A program made the translations under genes and the position numbers. Below the pieces are notes generated by a model, which did no database searches, was not told the DNA's origin, and saw nothing but the letters and a program-made list of their open reading frames with translations. A stretch of DNA of 64,000 nucleotides, from positions 310,001-374,000 of the forward strand of contig JASTWF010000337.1 in assembly GCA_030390025.1 (NCBI GenBank), in the 5' to 3' direction. Positions 1 through 15,000 of this stretch are shown here, in pieces (the first letter of the stretch is position 1; each line of letters begins with the position of its first letter). Origin of the DNA: Squalus acanthias (taxonomy: Eukaryota).

Positions 1-3000
1 CAGGAAACTGATAACTGGACAAGGAGCAGATAACTGGACAAGGAACTGATAACTGGACAAGGAACTGATAACTGGACAAGGAACTGATAACTGGACAAGG
101 AACTGATAACTGGACAAGGAACTGATAACTGGACAAGGAGCAGATAACTGGACAAGGAGCTGATAACAGGACAAGGAACTGATAACTGGACAAGGAACTG
201 ATAACTGGACAAGGAACTGATAACTGGACAAGGAACTGATAACTGGACAAGGAACTGATAACTGGACAAGGAACTGATAACTGGACAAGGAACTGATAAC
301 TGGACAAGGAACTGATAACTGGACAAGGAGCAGATAACAGGACAAGGAGCAGATAACTGGACAAGGAGCAGATAATTGGACAAGGAGCAGATAACTGGAC
401 AAGGAACTGATAACTGGACAAGGAACTGATAACTGGACACGGAGCAGATAATGGACAAGGAGCAGATAACTGGACAAGGAACTGATAACTGGACAAGGAG
501 CAGATAACTGGACAAGGAGCAGATAACTGGACAAGGAGCAGATAACTGGACACGGAGCAGATAACTGGACAAGGAACTGATAACTGGACAAGGAACTGAT
601 AACTGGACAAGGAACAGATAACTGGACAAGGAGCAGATAACTGGACAAGGAACTGATAACTGGACAAGGAACTGATAACTGGACAAGGAACTGATAACTG
701 GACAAGGAGCAGATAACTGGACAAGGAACAGATAACTGGACAAGGAGCAGATAACTGGACACGGAGCAGATAACTGGACAAGGAACTGATAACTGGACAA
801 GGAACTGATAACTGGACAAGGAGCAGATAACTGGACAAGGAACTGATAACTGGACAAGGAGCAGATAACTGGACAAGGAACTGATAACTGGACAGGAGCA
901 GATAACTGGACAAGGAACTGATAACTGGACAAGGAACTGATAACTGGACAAGGAACTGATAACTGGACAAGGAGCAGATAACTGGACAAGGAACAGATAA
1001 CTGGACAAGGAACTGATAACTGGACAAGGAACTGATAACTGGACAAGGAGCAGATAACTGGACAAGGAGCAGATAACTGGACAAGGAACTGATAACTGGA
1101 CAAGGAACTGATAACTGGACAAGGAACTGATAACTGGACAAGGAACTGATAACTGGACAAGGAGCAGATAACTGGACAAGGAACTGATAACTGGACAAGG
1201 AACTGATAACTGGACAAGGAGCAGATAACTGGACAAGGAACTGATAACTGGACAAGGAGCAGATAACTGGACAAGGAACTGATAACTGGACAAGGAACTG
1301 ATAACTGGACTAGGAGCAGATAACTGGACAAGGAACTGATAACTGGACAAGGAACTGATAACTGGACAAGGAACTGATAACTGGACAAGGAGCAGATAAC
1401 TGGACAAGGAACTGATAACTGGACAAGGAGCAGATAACTGGACAAGGAACTGATAACTGGACAAGGAACTGATAACTGGACAAGGAGCAGATAACTGGAC
1501 AAGGAACTGATAACTGGACAAGGAACTGATAACTGGACAAGGAACTGATAACTGGACAAGGAACTGATAACTGGACAAGGAACTGATAACTGGACAAGGA
1601 ACTGATAACTGGACTAGGAGCAGATAACTGGACAAGGAACTGATAACTGGACAAGGAGCAGATAACTGGACAAGGAACTGATAACTGGACAAGGAACTGA
1701 TAACTGGACAAGGAACTGATAACTGGACAAGGAACTGATAACTGGACAAGGAGCAGATAACTGGACAAGGAACTGATAACTGGACAAGGAACTGATAACT
1801 GGACAAGGAGCAGATAACTGGACAAGGAACTGATAACTGGACAAGGAACTGATAACTGGACAAGGAACTGATAACTGGACTAGGAGCAGATAACTGGACA
1901 AGGAACTGATAACTGGACAAGGAGCAGATAACTGGACAAGGAACTGATAACTGGACAAGGAACTGATAACTGGACAAGGAACTGATAACTGGACTAGGAG
2001 CAGATAACTGGACAAGGAGCTGATAACTGGACAAGGAGCAGATAACTGGACAAGGAACTGATAACTGGACAAGGAACTGATAACTGGACAAGGAACTGAT
2101 AACTGGACAAGGAACTGATAACTGGACTAGGAGCAGATAACTGGACAAGGAGCTGATAACTGGACAAGGAACTGAAAACTGGACAGGGAACTGATAACTG
2201 GACAAGGAGCAGATAACTGGACAAGGAACTGATAACTGGACAAGGAGCAGATAACTGGACAAGGAACTGATAACTGGACAAGGAACTGATAACTGGACTA
2301 GGAGCAGATAACTGGACAAGGAACTGATAACTGGACAAGGAACTGATAACTGGACAAGGAACTGATAACTGGACAAGGAGCAGATAACTGGACAAGGAAC
2401 TGATAACTGGACAAGGAGCAGATAACTGGACAAGGAACTGATAACTGGACAAGGAACTGATAACTGGACAAGGAGCAGATAACTGGACAAGGAACTGATA
2501 ACTGGACAAGGAACTGATAACTGGACAAGGAACTGATAACTGGACAAGGAACTGATAACTGGACAAGGAACTGATAACTGGACAAGGAACTGATAACTGG
2601 ACTAGGAGCAGATAACTGGACAAGGAACTGATAACTGGACAAGGAGCAGATAACTGGACAAGGAACTGATAACTGGACAAGGAACTGATAACTGGACAAG
2701 GAACTGATAACTGGACAAGGAACTGATAACTGGACAAGGAGCAGATAACTGGACAAGGAACTGATAACTGGACAAGGAACTGATAACTGGACAAGGAGCA
2801 GATAACTGGACAAGGAACTGACAACTGGACAAGGAACTGATAACTGGACAAGGAACTGATAACTGGACTAGGAGCAGATAACTGGACAAGGAACTGATAA
2901 CTGGACAAGGAGCAGATAACTGGACAAGGAACTGATAACTGGACAAGGAACTGATAACTGGACAAGGAACTGATAACTGGACTAGGAGCAGATAACTGGA

Positions 3001-6000
3001 CAAGGAGCTGATAACTGGACAAGGAGCAGATAACTGGACAAGGAACTGATAACTGGACAAGGAACTGATAACTGGACAAGGAACTGATAACTGGACAAGG
3101 AACTGATAACTGGACTAGGAGCAGATAACTGGACAAGGAGCTGATAACTGGACAAGGAACTGAAAACTGGACAGGGAACTGATAACTGGACAAGGAGCAG
3201 ATAACTGGACATGGAGCAGATAACTGGACAAGGAGCAGATAACAGGACAAGGAACTGATAACTGGACAAGGAACTGATAACTGGACAAGGAACTGATAAC
3301 TGGACAAGGAGCAAAAAACTGGACTCGGAACTGATAACTGGACAAGGAACTGATAACTGGACAAGGAACTGATAACTGGACAAGGAACTGAAAACTGGAC
3401 AGGGAACTGATAACTGGACAAGGAGCAGATAACTGGACATGGAGCAGATAACTGGACAAGGAGCAGATAACTGGACAGGAAACTGATAACTGCACAAGGA
3501 ACTGATAATTGGACAGGGAGCAGATTACTGGACAAGGAGCAGATAACTGGACAAGGAGCAGATAACTGGACACGGAGCAGATAATTGGACACGGAGCAGA
3601 TAACTGGACAAGGAGCAGATAACTGGACAAGGAGCAGATAACTGGACAAGGAGCAGATAACTGGACAAGGAGCAGATAACTGGACAAGGAGCAGATAACT
3701 AGACACAGAGCAGATAACTGGACAAGGAGCAGATAACTGGACAAGGAGCAGATAACTGGACAAGGAGCAGATAACTGGACAAGGAGCAGATAACTGGACA
3801 AGGAGCAGATAACTAGACACAGAGCAGATAACTAGACACAGAGCAGATTACTGGACACGGAGCAGATTACTGGACAAGGAGCAGATAACTGGACAGGAAA
3901 CTGATAACTGGAAAAGGAACAGATAACTGGACAAGGAGCAGATAACTGGACAAGGAGCAGATAACTGGACAGGAAACTGATAACTGGACAAGGAGCAGAT
4001 AACTGGACAAGGAGCAGATAACTGGACAGGAAACTGATAACTGGACAAGGAGCAGATAACTGGACAAGGAGCAGATAACTGGAGAGGAAACTGATAACTG
4101 GACAAGGAGCAGATAACTGGACAAGGAGCAGATAACTGGACAAGGAGCAGATAACTAGACACGGAGCAGATAACTGGACAAGGAACTGATAACTGGACAA
4201 GGAACTGATAACTGGACATGGAGTAGAAAACTGGACAAGGAACTGATAACTGGACAAGGTGCAGATAACAGGAAAAGGAACTGATAACTGGACAAGGAGC
4301 AGATAACTGGACAAGGAGCAGATAACAGGGCAAGGAACTGATAACTGGACAAGGAGCAGATAACTGGACAGGAAACTGATAACTGGACAGGGAGCAGATA
4401 ACCGGACAAGGAACTGATAACTGGACAAGGAACTGATAATTGGACAAGGAGCAGATAACTTGACAAGGAACTGATAACTGGACAAGGAGCAGATGACTGG
4501 AGAAGGAGCAGATAACTGGAAAAGGAGCAGATAACTGGAAAAGGAGCAGATAAATGGACAAGGAACTGATAACTGGACAAGGAACTGATAACTGGACAAG
4601 GAACTGATAACTGGACAAGGAACTGATAACTGGACAAGGAACTGATAACTGGACAAGGAACTGATAACTGGACAAGGAACTGATAACTGGACAAGGAGCA
4701 GATAACTGGACAGGAAACTGATAACTGGACAAGGAACTGATAACTGGACAAGGAACTGATAACTGGACAAGGAACTGATAACTGGACAAGGAACTGATAA
4801 CTGGACAAGGAACTGATAACTGGACAAGGAACTGATAACTGGACAAGGAACTGATAACTGGACAAGGAACTGATAACTGGACAAGGAACTGATAACTGGA
4901 CAAGGAGCAGATAACTGGACAGGAAACTGATAACTGGACAAGGAGCAGATAACTGGACAGGAAACTGATAACTGGACAAGGAACTGATAATTGGACAGGG
5001 AGCAGATAACTGGACAGGAAACTGATAACTGGACAAGGAACTGATAATTGGACAGGGAGCAGATAACTGGACAAGGAGCAGATAACTGGACAATGAGCAG
5101 ATAACTGGACACGGAGCAGATAATTGGACAAGGAGCAGATAACTGGAGTGGAAACTGATAACTGGACAAGGAGCAGATAACTGGAAAAGGAGCAGATAAC
5201 TGGAGTGGAAACTGATAACTGGACAAGGAGCAGATAACTGGACAAGGAGCAGATAACTAGACACGGAGCAGATAACTAGACACGGAGCAGATAACTGGAC
5301 AAGGAACTGATAACTGGACAAGGCACTGATAACTGGACAAGGAACTGATAACTGGACAAGGAACTGATAACTGGACAGGGGCAGATAACAGGACAAGGAA
5401 CTGATAACTGGACAAGGAGCAGATAACTGGACAAGGAGCAGATAACTGGACAGGAAACTGATAACTGGACAAGGAGCAGATTACTGGACAAGGAGCAGAT
5501 AACTGGACAAGGAGCAGATAACTGGATAGGAAACAGATAACTGGACAAGGAACTGATAAATGGAAAAGGAACTGATAACTGGACAAGGAACTGATAACTG
5601 GACAAGGAACTGATAACTGGACAAGGAACTGATAACTGGACAAGGAGCAAAAAACTGGACTCGGAACTGATAATTGGACAAGGAACTGATAACTGGACAA
5701 AGAACTGATAACTGGACAAGGATCAGATAACTGGACAAGGAACTGATAACTGGACAAATACTGATAACTGGACAAGGAACTGATTACTGGAGAATGAACT
5801 GATAACTGGACAGTGAACTGATAACTGGACAAGGAAATGATAAGTGGACAAGGAACTGATAACTGGTCAAGGAACTGATAACTGGACAAGGAACTGAAAA
5901 CTGGACAAGGAGCAGATAACTGGACAAGGAGCAGATAACTGGACAAGGAGCAGATAACTGGACAAGGAGCAGATAACTGGACAAGGAGCAGATAACTGGA

Positions 6001-9000
6001 CAGGCAACTGATAACTGGAAAAGGAACAGATAATTGGACAGGGAGCAGATAACTGGACAAGGAGCAGATAACTGGACAAAAAAAAAGATAACTGGACAAA
6101 AAAAAGATAACTGGACAAGGAGCAGATAACTGGACAAGGAGCAGATAACTGGACGAGGAGCAGATAACTGGACAAGGAGCAGATAACTGGACAAGGAGCA
6201 GATAACTGGACAGGCAACTGATAACTGGACAAGGAACAGATAATTGGACAGGGAGCAGATAACTGGACAAGGAGCAGATAACTGGACAAAAAAAAGATAA
6301 CTGGACAAAAAAAAGATAACTGGACAAGGAGCAGATAACTGGACAAGGAGCAGATAACTGGACGAGGAGCAGATAACTGGACAAGGAGCAGATAACTGGA
6401 CAAGGAGCAGATAACTGGACACGGAGCAGATAACTGGACACGGAGCAGATAACTGGACGAGGAGCAGATAACTGGACAAGGAGCAGATAACTGGACAAGG
6501 AGCAGATAACTGGACACGGAGCAGATAACTGGACACGGAGCAGATAACTGGACACGGAGCAGATAACTGGACACGGAGCAGATGACTGGAAAAGGAACAG
6601 ATAACTGGACAAGGAGCAGATAACTGGACAAGGAGCAGATAACTGGACAGGAAACTGATAACTGGACAAGGAGCAGATAACTGGACAAGGAGCAGATAAC
6701 TGGACAAGGAGCAGATAACTGGACAAGGAGCAGATAACTGGAGAGGAAACTGATAACTGGACAAGGAGCAGATAACTGGACAAGGAGCAGATAACTAGAC
6801 ACGGAGCAGATAACTGGACACGGAGCAGATAACTGGACACGGAGCAGATAACTGGACACGGAGCAGATAACTGGACACGGAGCAGATAACTGGACACGGA
6901 GCAGATAACTGGACACGGAGCAGATAACTGGACACGGAGCAGATAACTGGACACGGAGCAGATAACTGGACACGGAGCAGATAACTGGACACGGAGCAGA
7001 TAACTGGACACGGAGCAGATAACTGGACACGGAGCAGATAACTGGACAAGGAGCAGATAACTGGACAAGGAGCAGATAACTGGAAAAGGAGCAGATAACT
7101 GGAAAAGGAGCAGATAACTGGACACGGAGCAGATAACTGGACACGGAGCAGATAACTGGACACGGAGCAGATAACTGGACACGGAGCAGATAACTGGACA
7201 CGGAGCAGATAACTGGACACGGAGCAGATAACTGGACACGGAGCAGATAACTGGACACGGAGCAGATAACTGGACACGGAGCAGATAACTGGACACGGAG
7301 CAGATAACTGGACAAGGAGCAGATAACTGGACAAGGAACTGATAACTGGACAAGGAGCTGATAACTGGACAAGGAACTGATAACTGGACAAGGAACTGAT
7401 AACTGGACAAGGAACTGATAACTGGACATGGAGTAGAAAACTGGACAAGGAACTGATAACTGGACAAATACTGATAACTGGACAAGGAGCAGATTACTGG
7501 ACAAGGAGCAGATAACGGGACAAGGAGCAGATAACTGGACAAGGAACTGATAACTGGACAAGGAACTGATAACTGGACAAGGAACAGATAACTGGAGAAG
7601 GAACTGATAACTGGAGAAGGAACTGATAACTGGACATGGAGTAGAAAACTGGACAAGGAACTGATTACTGGAGATTGAACTGATAACTGGACAGTGAACT
7701 GATAACTGGACAAGGAACTGATAACTGGACAAGGAACTGATAACTGGACAAGGAGCAGATAACTGAACAAGGAACTGATAACTGGAAAAGGAGCAGATTA
7801 CGGGAGAAGGAACTCATAACTGGACAAGGAGTAGATTACTGGACAAGGAACTGATCACTGGACAAGGAGCAGATAATTGGACAAGGAGCAGATAACTGGA
7901 CAAGGAGCAGATAACTGGACAAGGAGCAGATAACTGGACAGGAAACTGATAACTGGACAAGGAACTGATAACTGGACAGGGAGCAGATTACTGGACAAGG
8001 AGCAGATTACTGGACAATGAGCAGATAACTGGACAAGGAGCAGATAACTGGACAAGGAGCAGATAACTGGACACGGAGCAGATAATTGGACACGGAGCAG
8101 AAAACTGGAAAAGGAGCAGATAACTGGACAAGGCACTGATAACTGGACAAGGAGCAGATAACTGGACAAGGAGCAGATAACTGGACACGGAGCAGATAAC
8201 TGGACACGGAGCAGATAACTGGACAAGGAACTGATAACTGGACAAGGCACTGATAACTGGACAAGGAGCAGATAACTGGACAAGGAGCAGATAACTGGAC
8301 AAGGAGCAGATAACTGGACAAGGAACTGATAACTGGACAAGGAACTGATAACTGGACAAGGAGCAGATAACAGGACAAGGAACTGATAACTGGACAAGGA
8401 GCAGATAACTGGACAAGGAGCAGATAACTGGACAAGGAGCAGATAACTGGACAAGGAACTGATAACTGGACAGGAAACTGATAACTGGACAAGGAGCAGA
8501 TTACTGGACAAGGAGCAGATAACTGGACAAGGAGCAGATAATTGGACAAGGAACTGATAACTGGACAGGAAACTGATAACTGGACAAGGAGCAGATAACT
8601 GGACAAGGAACTGATAACTGGACAAGGAACTGATAACTGGACAAGGAACTGATAACTGGACAAGGAACTGATAACTGGACAAGGAACTGATAACTGGACA
8701 AGGAGCAGATAACTGGACAAGGAGCTGATAACAGGACAAGGAACTGATAACTGGACAAGGAACTGATAACTGGACAAGGAACTGATAACTGGACAAGGAA
8801 CTGATAACTGGACAAGGAACTGATAACTGGACAAGGAACTGATAACTGGACAAGGAACTGATAACTGGACAAGGAACTGATAACTGGACAAGGAGCAGAT
8901 AACAGGACAAGGAGCAGATAACTGGACAAGGAGCAGATAATTGGACAAGGAGCAGATAACTGGACAAGGAACTGATAACTGGACAAGGAACTGATAACTG

Positions 9001-12000
9001 GACACGGAGCAGATAATTGGACAAGGAGCAGATAACTGGACAAGGAACTGATAACTGGACAAGGAGCAGATAACTGGACAAGGAGCAGATAATTGGACAA
9101 GGAGCAGATAACTGGACACGGAGCAGATAACTGGACAAGGAACTGATAACTGGACAAGGAACTGATAACTGGACAAGGAACTGATAACTGGACAAGGAGC
9201 AGATAACTGGACAAGGAACTGATAACTGGACAAGGAACTGATAACTGGACAAGGAACTGATAACTGGACAAGGAGCAGATAACTGGACAAGGAACTGATA
9301 ACTGGACAAGGAGCAGATAACTGGACACGGAGCAGATAACTGGACAAGGAACTGATAACTGGACAAGGAGCAGATAACTGGACAAGGAACTGATAACTGG
9401 ACAAGGAGCAGATAACTGGACAAGGAACTGATAACTGGACAAGGAACTGATAACTGGACAAGGAGCAGATAACTGGACAAGGAACTGATAACTGGACAAG
9501 GAACTGATAACTGGACAAGGAACTGATAACTGGACTAGGAGCAGATAACTGGACAAGGAACTGATAACTGGACAAGGAGCAGATAACTGGACAAGGAACT
9601 GATAACTGGACAAGGAACTGATAACTGGACAAGGAACTGATAACTGGACTAGGAGCAGATAACTGGACAAGGAGCTGATAACTGGACAAGGAGCAGATAA
9701 CTGGACAAGGAACTGATAACTGGACAAGGAACTGATAACTGGACAAGGAACTGATAACTGGACAAGGAACTGATAACTGGACTAGGAGCAGATAACTGGA
9801 CAAGGAGCTGATAACTGGACAAGGAGCAGATAACTGGACAAGGAACTGATAACTGGACTAGGAGCAGATAACTGGACAAGGAGCAGATAACTGGACAAGG
9901 AACTGATAACTGGACTAGGAGCAGATAACTGGACAAGGAACTGATAACTGGACAAGGAGCAGATAACTGGACAAGGAGCAGATAACTGGACAAGGAGCAG
10001 ATAACTGGACAAGGAACTGATAACTGGACTAGGAGCAGATAACTGGACAAGGAACTGATAACTGGACAAGGAGCAGATAACTGGACAAGGAGCAGATAAC
10101 TGGACAAGGAGCAGATAACTTGACAAGGAGCAGATAACTGGACAAGGAGCAGATAACTTGACAAGGAGCAGATAACTGGACAAGGAGCAGATAACTTGAC
10201 AAGGAGCTGATAACTGGACAAGGAGCAGATAACTTGACAAGGAGCTGATAACTGGACAAGGAGCAGATAACTTGACAAGGAGCTGATAACTGGACAAGGA
10301 ACTGATAACTGGACAAGGAGCAGATAACTGGACAAGGAGCAGATAACTTGACAAGGAGCTGATAACTGGACAAGGAACTGATAACTGGACAAGGAGCAGA
10401 TAACTGGACAAGGAACTGATAACTGGACAAGGAACTGATAACTGGACAAGGAACTGATAACTGGACTAGGAGCAGATAACTGGACAAGGAACTGATAACT
10501 GGACAAGGAGCAGATAACTGGACAAGGAACTGATAACTGGACAAGGAACTGATAACTGGACAAGGAACTGATAACTGGACTAGGAGCAGATAACTGGACA
10601 AGGAGCTGATAACTGGACAAGGAGCAGATAACTGGACAAGGAACTGATAACTGGACTAGGAGCAGATAACTGGACAAGGAGCTGATAACTGGACAAGGAG
10701 CAGATAACTGGACAAGGAGCTGATAACTGGACAAGGAACTGATAACTGGACAAGGAGCAGATAACTGGACAAGGAACTGATAACTGGACAAGGAACTGAT
10801 AACTGGACAAGGAACTGATAACTGGACTAGGAGCAGATAACTGGACAAGGAGCTGATAACTGGACAAGGAGCAGATAACTGGACAAGGAACTGATAACTG
10901 GACTAGGAGCAGATAACTGGACAAGGAGCAGATAACTGGACTAGGAGCAGATAACTGGACAAGGAGCAGATAACTGGACAAGGAACTGATAACTGGACTA
11001 GGAGCAGATAACTGGACAAGGAACTGATAACTGGACAAGGAGCAGATAACTGGACAAGGAGCAGATAACTGGACAAGGAGCAGATAACTGGACAAGGAAC
11101 TGATAACTGGACTAGGAGCAGATAACTGGACAAGGAACTGATAACTGGACAAGGAGCAGATAACTGGACAAGGAGCAGATAACTGGACAAGGAGCAGATA
11201 ACTTGACAAGGAGCAGATAACTGGACAAGAGCAGATAACTTGACAAGGAGCAGATAACTGGACAAGGAGCAGATAACTTGACAAGGAGCTGATAACTGGA
11301 CAAGGAGCAGATAACTTGACAAGGAGCTGATAACTGGACAAGGAGCAGATAACTTGACAAGGAGCTGATAACTGGACAAGGAACTGATAACTGGACAAGG
11401 AGCAGATAACTGGACAAGGAGCAGATAACTTGACAAGGAGCTGATAACTGGACAAGGAGCAGATAACTTGACAAGGAGCTGATAACTGGACAAGGAACTG
11501 ATAACTGGACAAGGAGCAGATAACTGGACAAGGAGCAGATAACTGGACAAGGAGCAGATAACTTGACAAGGAGCTGATAACTGGACAAGGAGCAGATAAC
11601 TTGACAAGGAGCTGATAACTGGACAAGGAACTGATAACTGGACAAGGAGCAGATAACTGGACAAGGAGCAGATAACTTGACAAGGAGCTGATAACTGGAC
11701 AAGGAACTGATAACTGGACAAGGAGCAGATAACTGGACAAGGAGCAGTTAACTGGACAAGGAGCAGATAACTTGACAAGGAGCTGATAACTGGACAAGGA
11801 ACTGATAACTGGACAAGGAGCAGATAACTGGACAAGGAGCAGATAACTGGACAAGGAGCAGATAACTGGACAAGGAACTGATAACTGGACAAGGAGCAGA
11901 TAACTGGACAAGGAACTGATAACTGGACAAGGAGCAGATAACTTGACAAGGAACTGATAACTGGACAAGGAACTGATAACTGGACAAGGAGCAGATAACT

Positions 12001-15000
12001 GGACAAGGAACTGATAACTGGACAAGGAACTGATAACTGGACAAGGAGCAGATAACTGGACAAGGAACTGATAACTGGACAAGGAGCAGATAACTTGACA
12101 AGGAACTGATAACTGGACAAGGAACTGATAACTGGACAAGGAGCAGATAACTGGACAAGGAGCAGATAACTGGACAAGGAGCAGATAACTTGACAAGGAG
12201 CTGATAACTGGACAAGGAACTGATAACTGGACAAGGAGCAGATAACTGGACAAGGAGCAGATAACTGGACAAGGAGCAGATAACAGGACAAGGAACTGAT
12301 AACTGGACAAGGAACTGATAACTGGACAAGGAGCAGATAATTGGACAAGGAGCAGATAACTGGACAAGGAGCAGATAACAGGACAAGGAACTGATAACTG
12401 GACAAGGAGCAGATAACTGGACAAGGAACTGATAACTGGACAAGGAGCAGATAACAGGACAAGGAGCAGATAACTTGACAAGGAGCAGATAAATGGACAA
12501 GGAGCAGATAAATGGACAAGGAGCAGATAAATGGACAAGGAGCAGATAAATGGACAAGGAGCAGATAACAGGACAAGGAGCAGATAACTTGACAAGGAAC
12601 TGATAACTGGACAAGGAACTGATAACTGGACAAGGAGCAGATAACTTGACAAGGAACTGATAACTGGACAAGGAACTGATAACTGGACAAGGAGCAGATA
12701 ACTGGACAAGGAGCAGATAACTGGACAAGGAGCAGATAACTTGACAAGGAACTGATAACTGGACAAGGAGCAGATAACAGGACAAGGAACTGATAACTGG
12801 ACAAGGAACTGATAATTGGACAAGGAGCAGATAACTGGACAAGGAGCAGATAAATGGACAAGGAGCAGATAACTGGACAAGGAGCAGATAACTTGACAAG
12901 GAACTGATAACTGGACAAGGAACTGATAACTGGACAAGGAGCAGATAACTGGACAAGGAGCAGATAACTGGACAAGGAGCAGATAACTTGACAAGGAGCA
13001 GATAAATGGACAAGGAACTGATAACTGGACAAGGAGCAGATAACAGGACAAGGAACTGATAACTGGACAAGGAACTGATAATTGGACAAGGAGCAGATAA
13101 CTGGACAAGGAGCAGATAAATGGACAAGGAGCAGATAAATGGACAAGGAACTGATAACTTGACAAGGAACTGATAACTGGACAAGGAGCAGATAACTGGA
13201 CAAGGAGCAGATAAATGGACAAGGAGCAGATAAATGGACAAGGAACTGATAACTGGACAAGGAGCAGATAACTAGACACGGAGCAGATAACTGGACAAGG
13301 AGCAGATAAATGGACAAGGAGCAGATAAATGGACAAGGAACTGATAACTTGACAAGGAACTGATAACTGGACAAGGAGCAGATAACTGGACAAGGAGCAG
13401 ATAAATGGACAAGGAGCAGATAAATGGACAAGGAACTGATAACTGGACAAGGAGCAGATAACTAGACACGGAGCAGATAACTGGACAAGGAACTGATAAC
13501 TGGACAAGGAGCAGATAACAGGACAAGGAACTGATAACTGGACAAGGAGCAGATAACTGGACAAGGAGCAGATAACTGGACAGGAAACTGATAACTGGAC
13601 AAGGAGCAGATTACTGGACAAGGAGCAGATAACTGGACAAGGAACTGATAACTGGACAAGGAACTGATAACTGGACAAGGAACTGATAACTGGACAAGGA
13701 ACTGATAACTGGACAAGGAACTGATAACTGGACAAGGAACTGATAACTGGACAAGGAACTGATAACTGGACAAGGAACTGATAACTGGACAAGGAACTGA
13801 TAACTGGACAAGGAACTGATAACTGGACAAGGAGCAGATAACAGGACAAGGAACTGATAACTGGACAAGGAGCAGATAACTGGATAGGAAACTGATAACT
13901 GGACAAGGAGCAGATTACTGGACAAGGAGCAGATAACTGGACAAGGAGCAGATAACTGGACAAGGAGCAGATAACTGGACAAGGAGCAGATAACTGGAAA
14001 AGGAGCAGATAACTGGATAGGAAACTGATAACTGGACAAGGAACTGATAACTGGACAAGGAACTGATAACTGGACAAGGAACTGATAACTGGACAAGGAG
14101 CAGATAACTGGACAAGGAACTGATAACTGGACAAGGAACTGATAACTGGACAAGGAACTGATAACTGGACAAGGAACTGATAACTGGACAAGGAACTGAT
14201 AACTGGACAAGGAACTGATAACTGGACAAGGAGCAGATAACAGGACAAGGAACTGATAACTGGACAAGGAGCAGATAACTGGACAAGGAGCAGATAACTG
14301 GATAGGAAACTGATAACTGGACAAGGAACTGATAACTGGACAAGAACTGATAACTGGACAAGGAACTGATAACTGGACAAGGAACTGATAACTGGACAAG
14401 GAACTGATAACTGGACAAGGAACTGATAACTGGACAAGGAACTGATAACTGGACAAGGAACTGATAACTGGACAAGGAACTGATAACTGGACAAGGAACT
14501 GATAACTGGACAAGGAACTGATAACTGGACAAGGAGCAGATAACAGGACAAGGAACTGATAACTGGACAAGGAGCAGATAACTGGACAAGGAGCAGATAA
14601 CTGGACAGGAAACTGATAACTGGACAAGGAGCAGATTACTGGACAAGGAGCAGATAACTGGACAAGGAGCAGATAATTGGACAAGGAGCAGATAACTTGA
14701 CAAGGAACTGATAACTGGACAAGGAACTGATAACAGGACAAGGAACTGATAACTGGACAAGGAACTGATAACTGGACAAGGAACTGATAACTGGACAAGG
14801 AGCAGATAATTGGACAAGGAGCAGATAACTTGACAAGGAACTGATAACTGGACAAGGAGCAGATAACAGGACAAGGAACTGATAACTGGACAAGGAACTG
14901 ATAATTGGACAAGGAGCAGATAACTTGACAAGGAACTGATAACTGGAAAAGGAGCAGATAACTGGACAAGGAGCAGATAAATGGACAAGGAACTGATAAC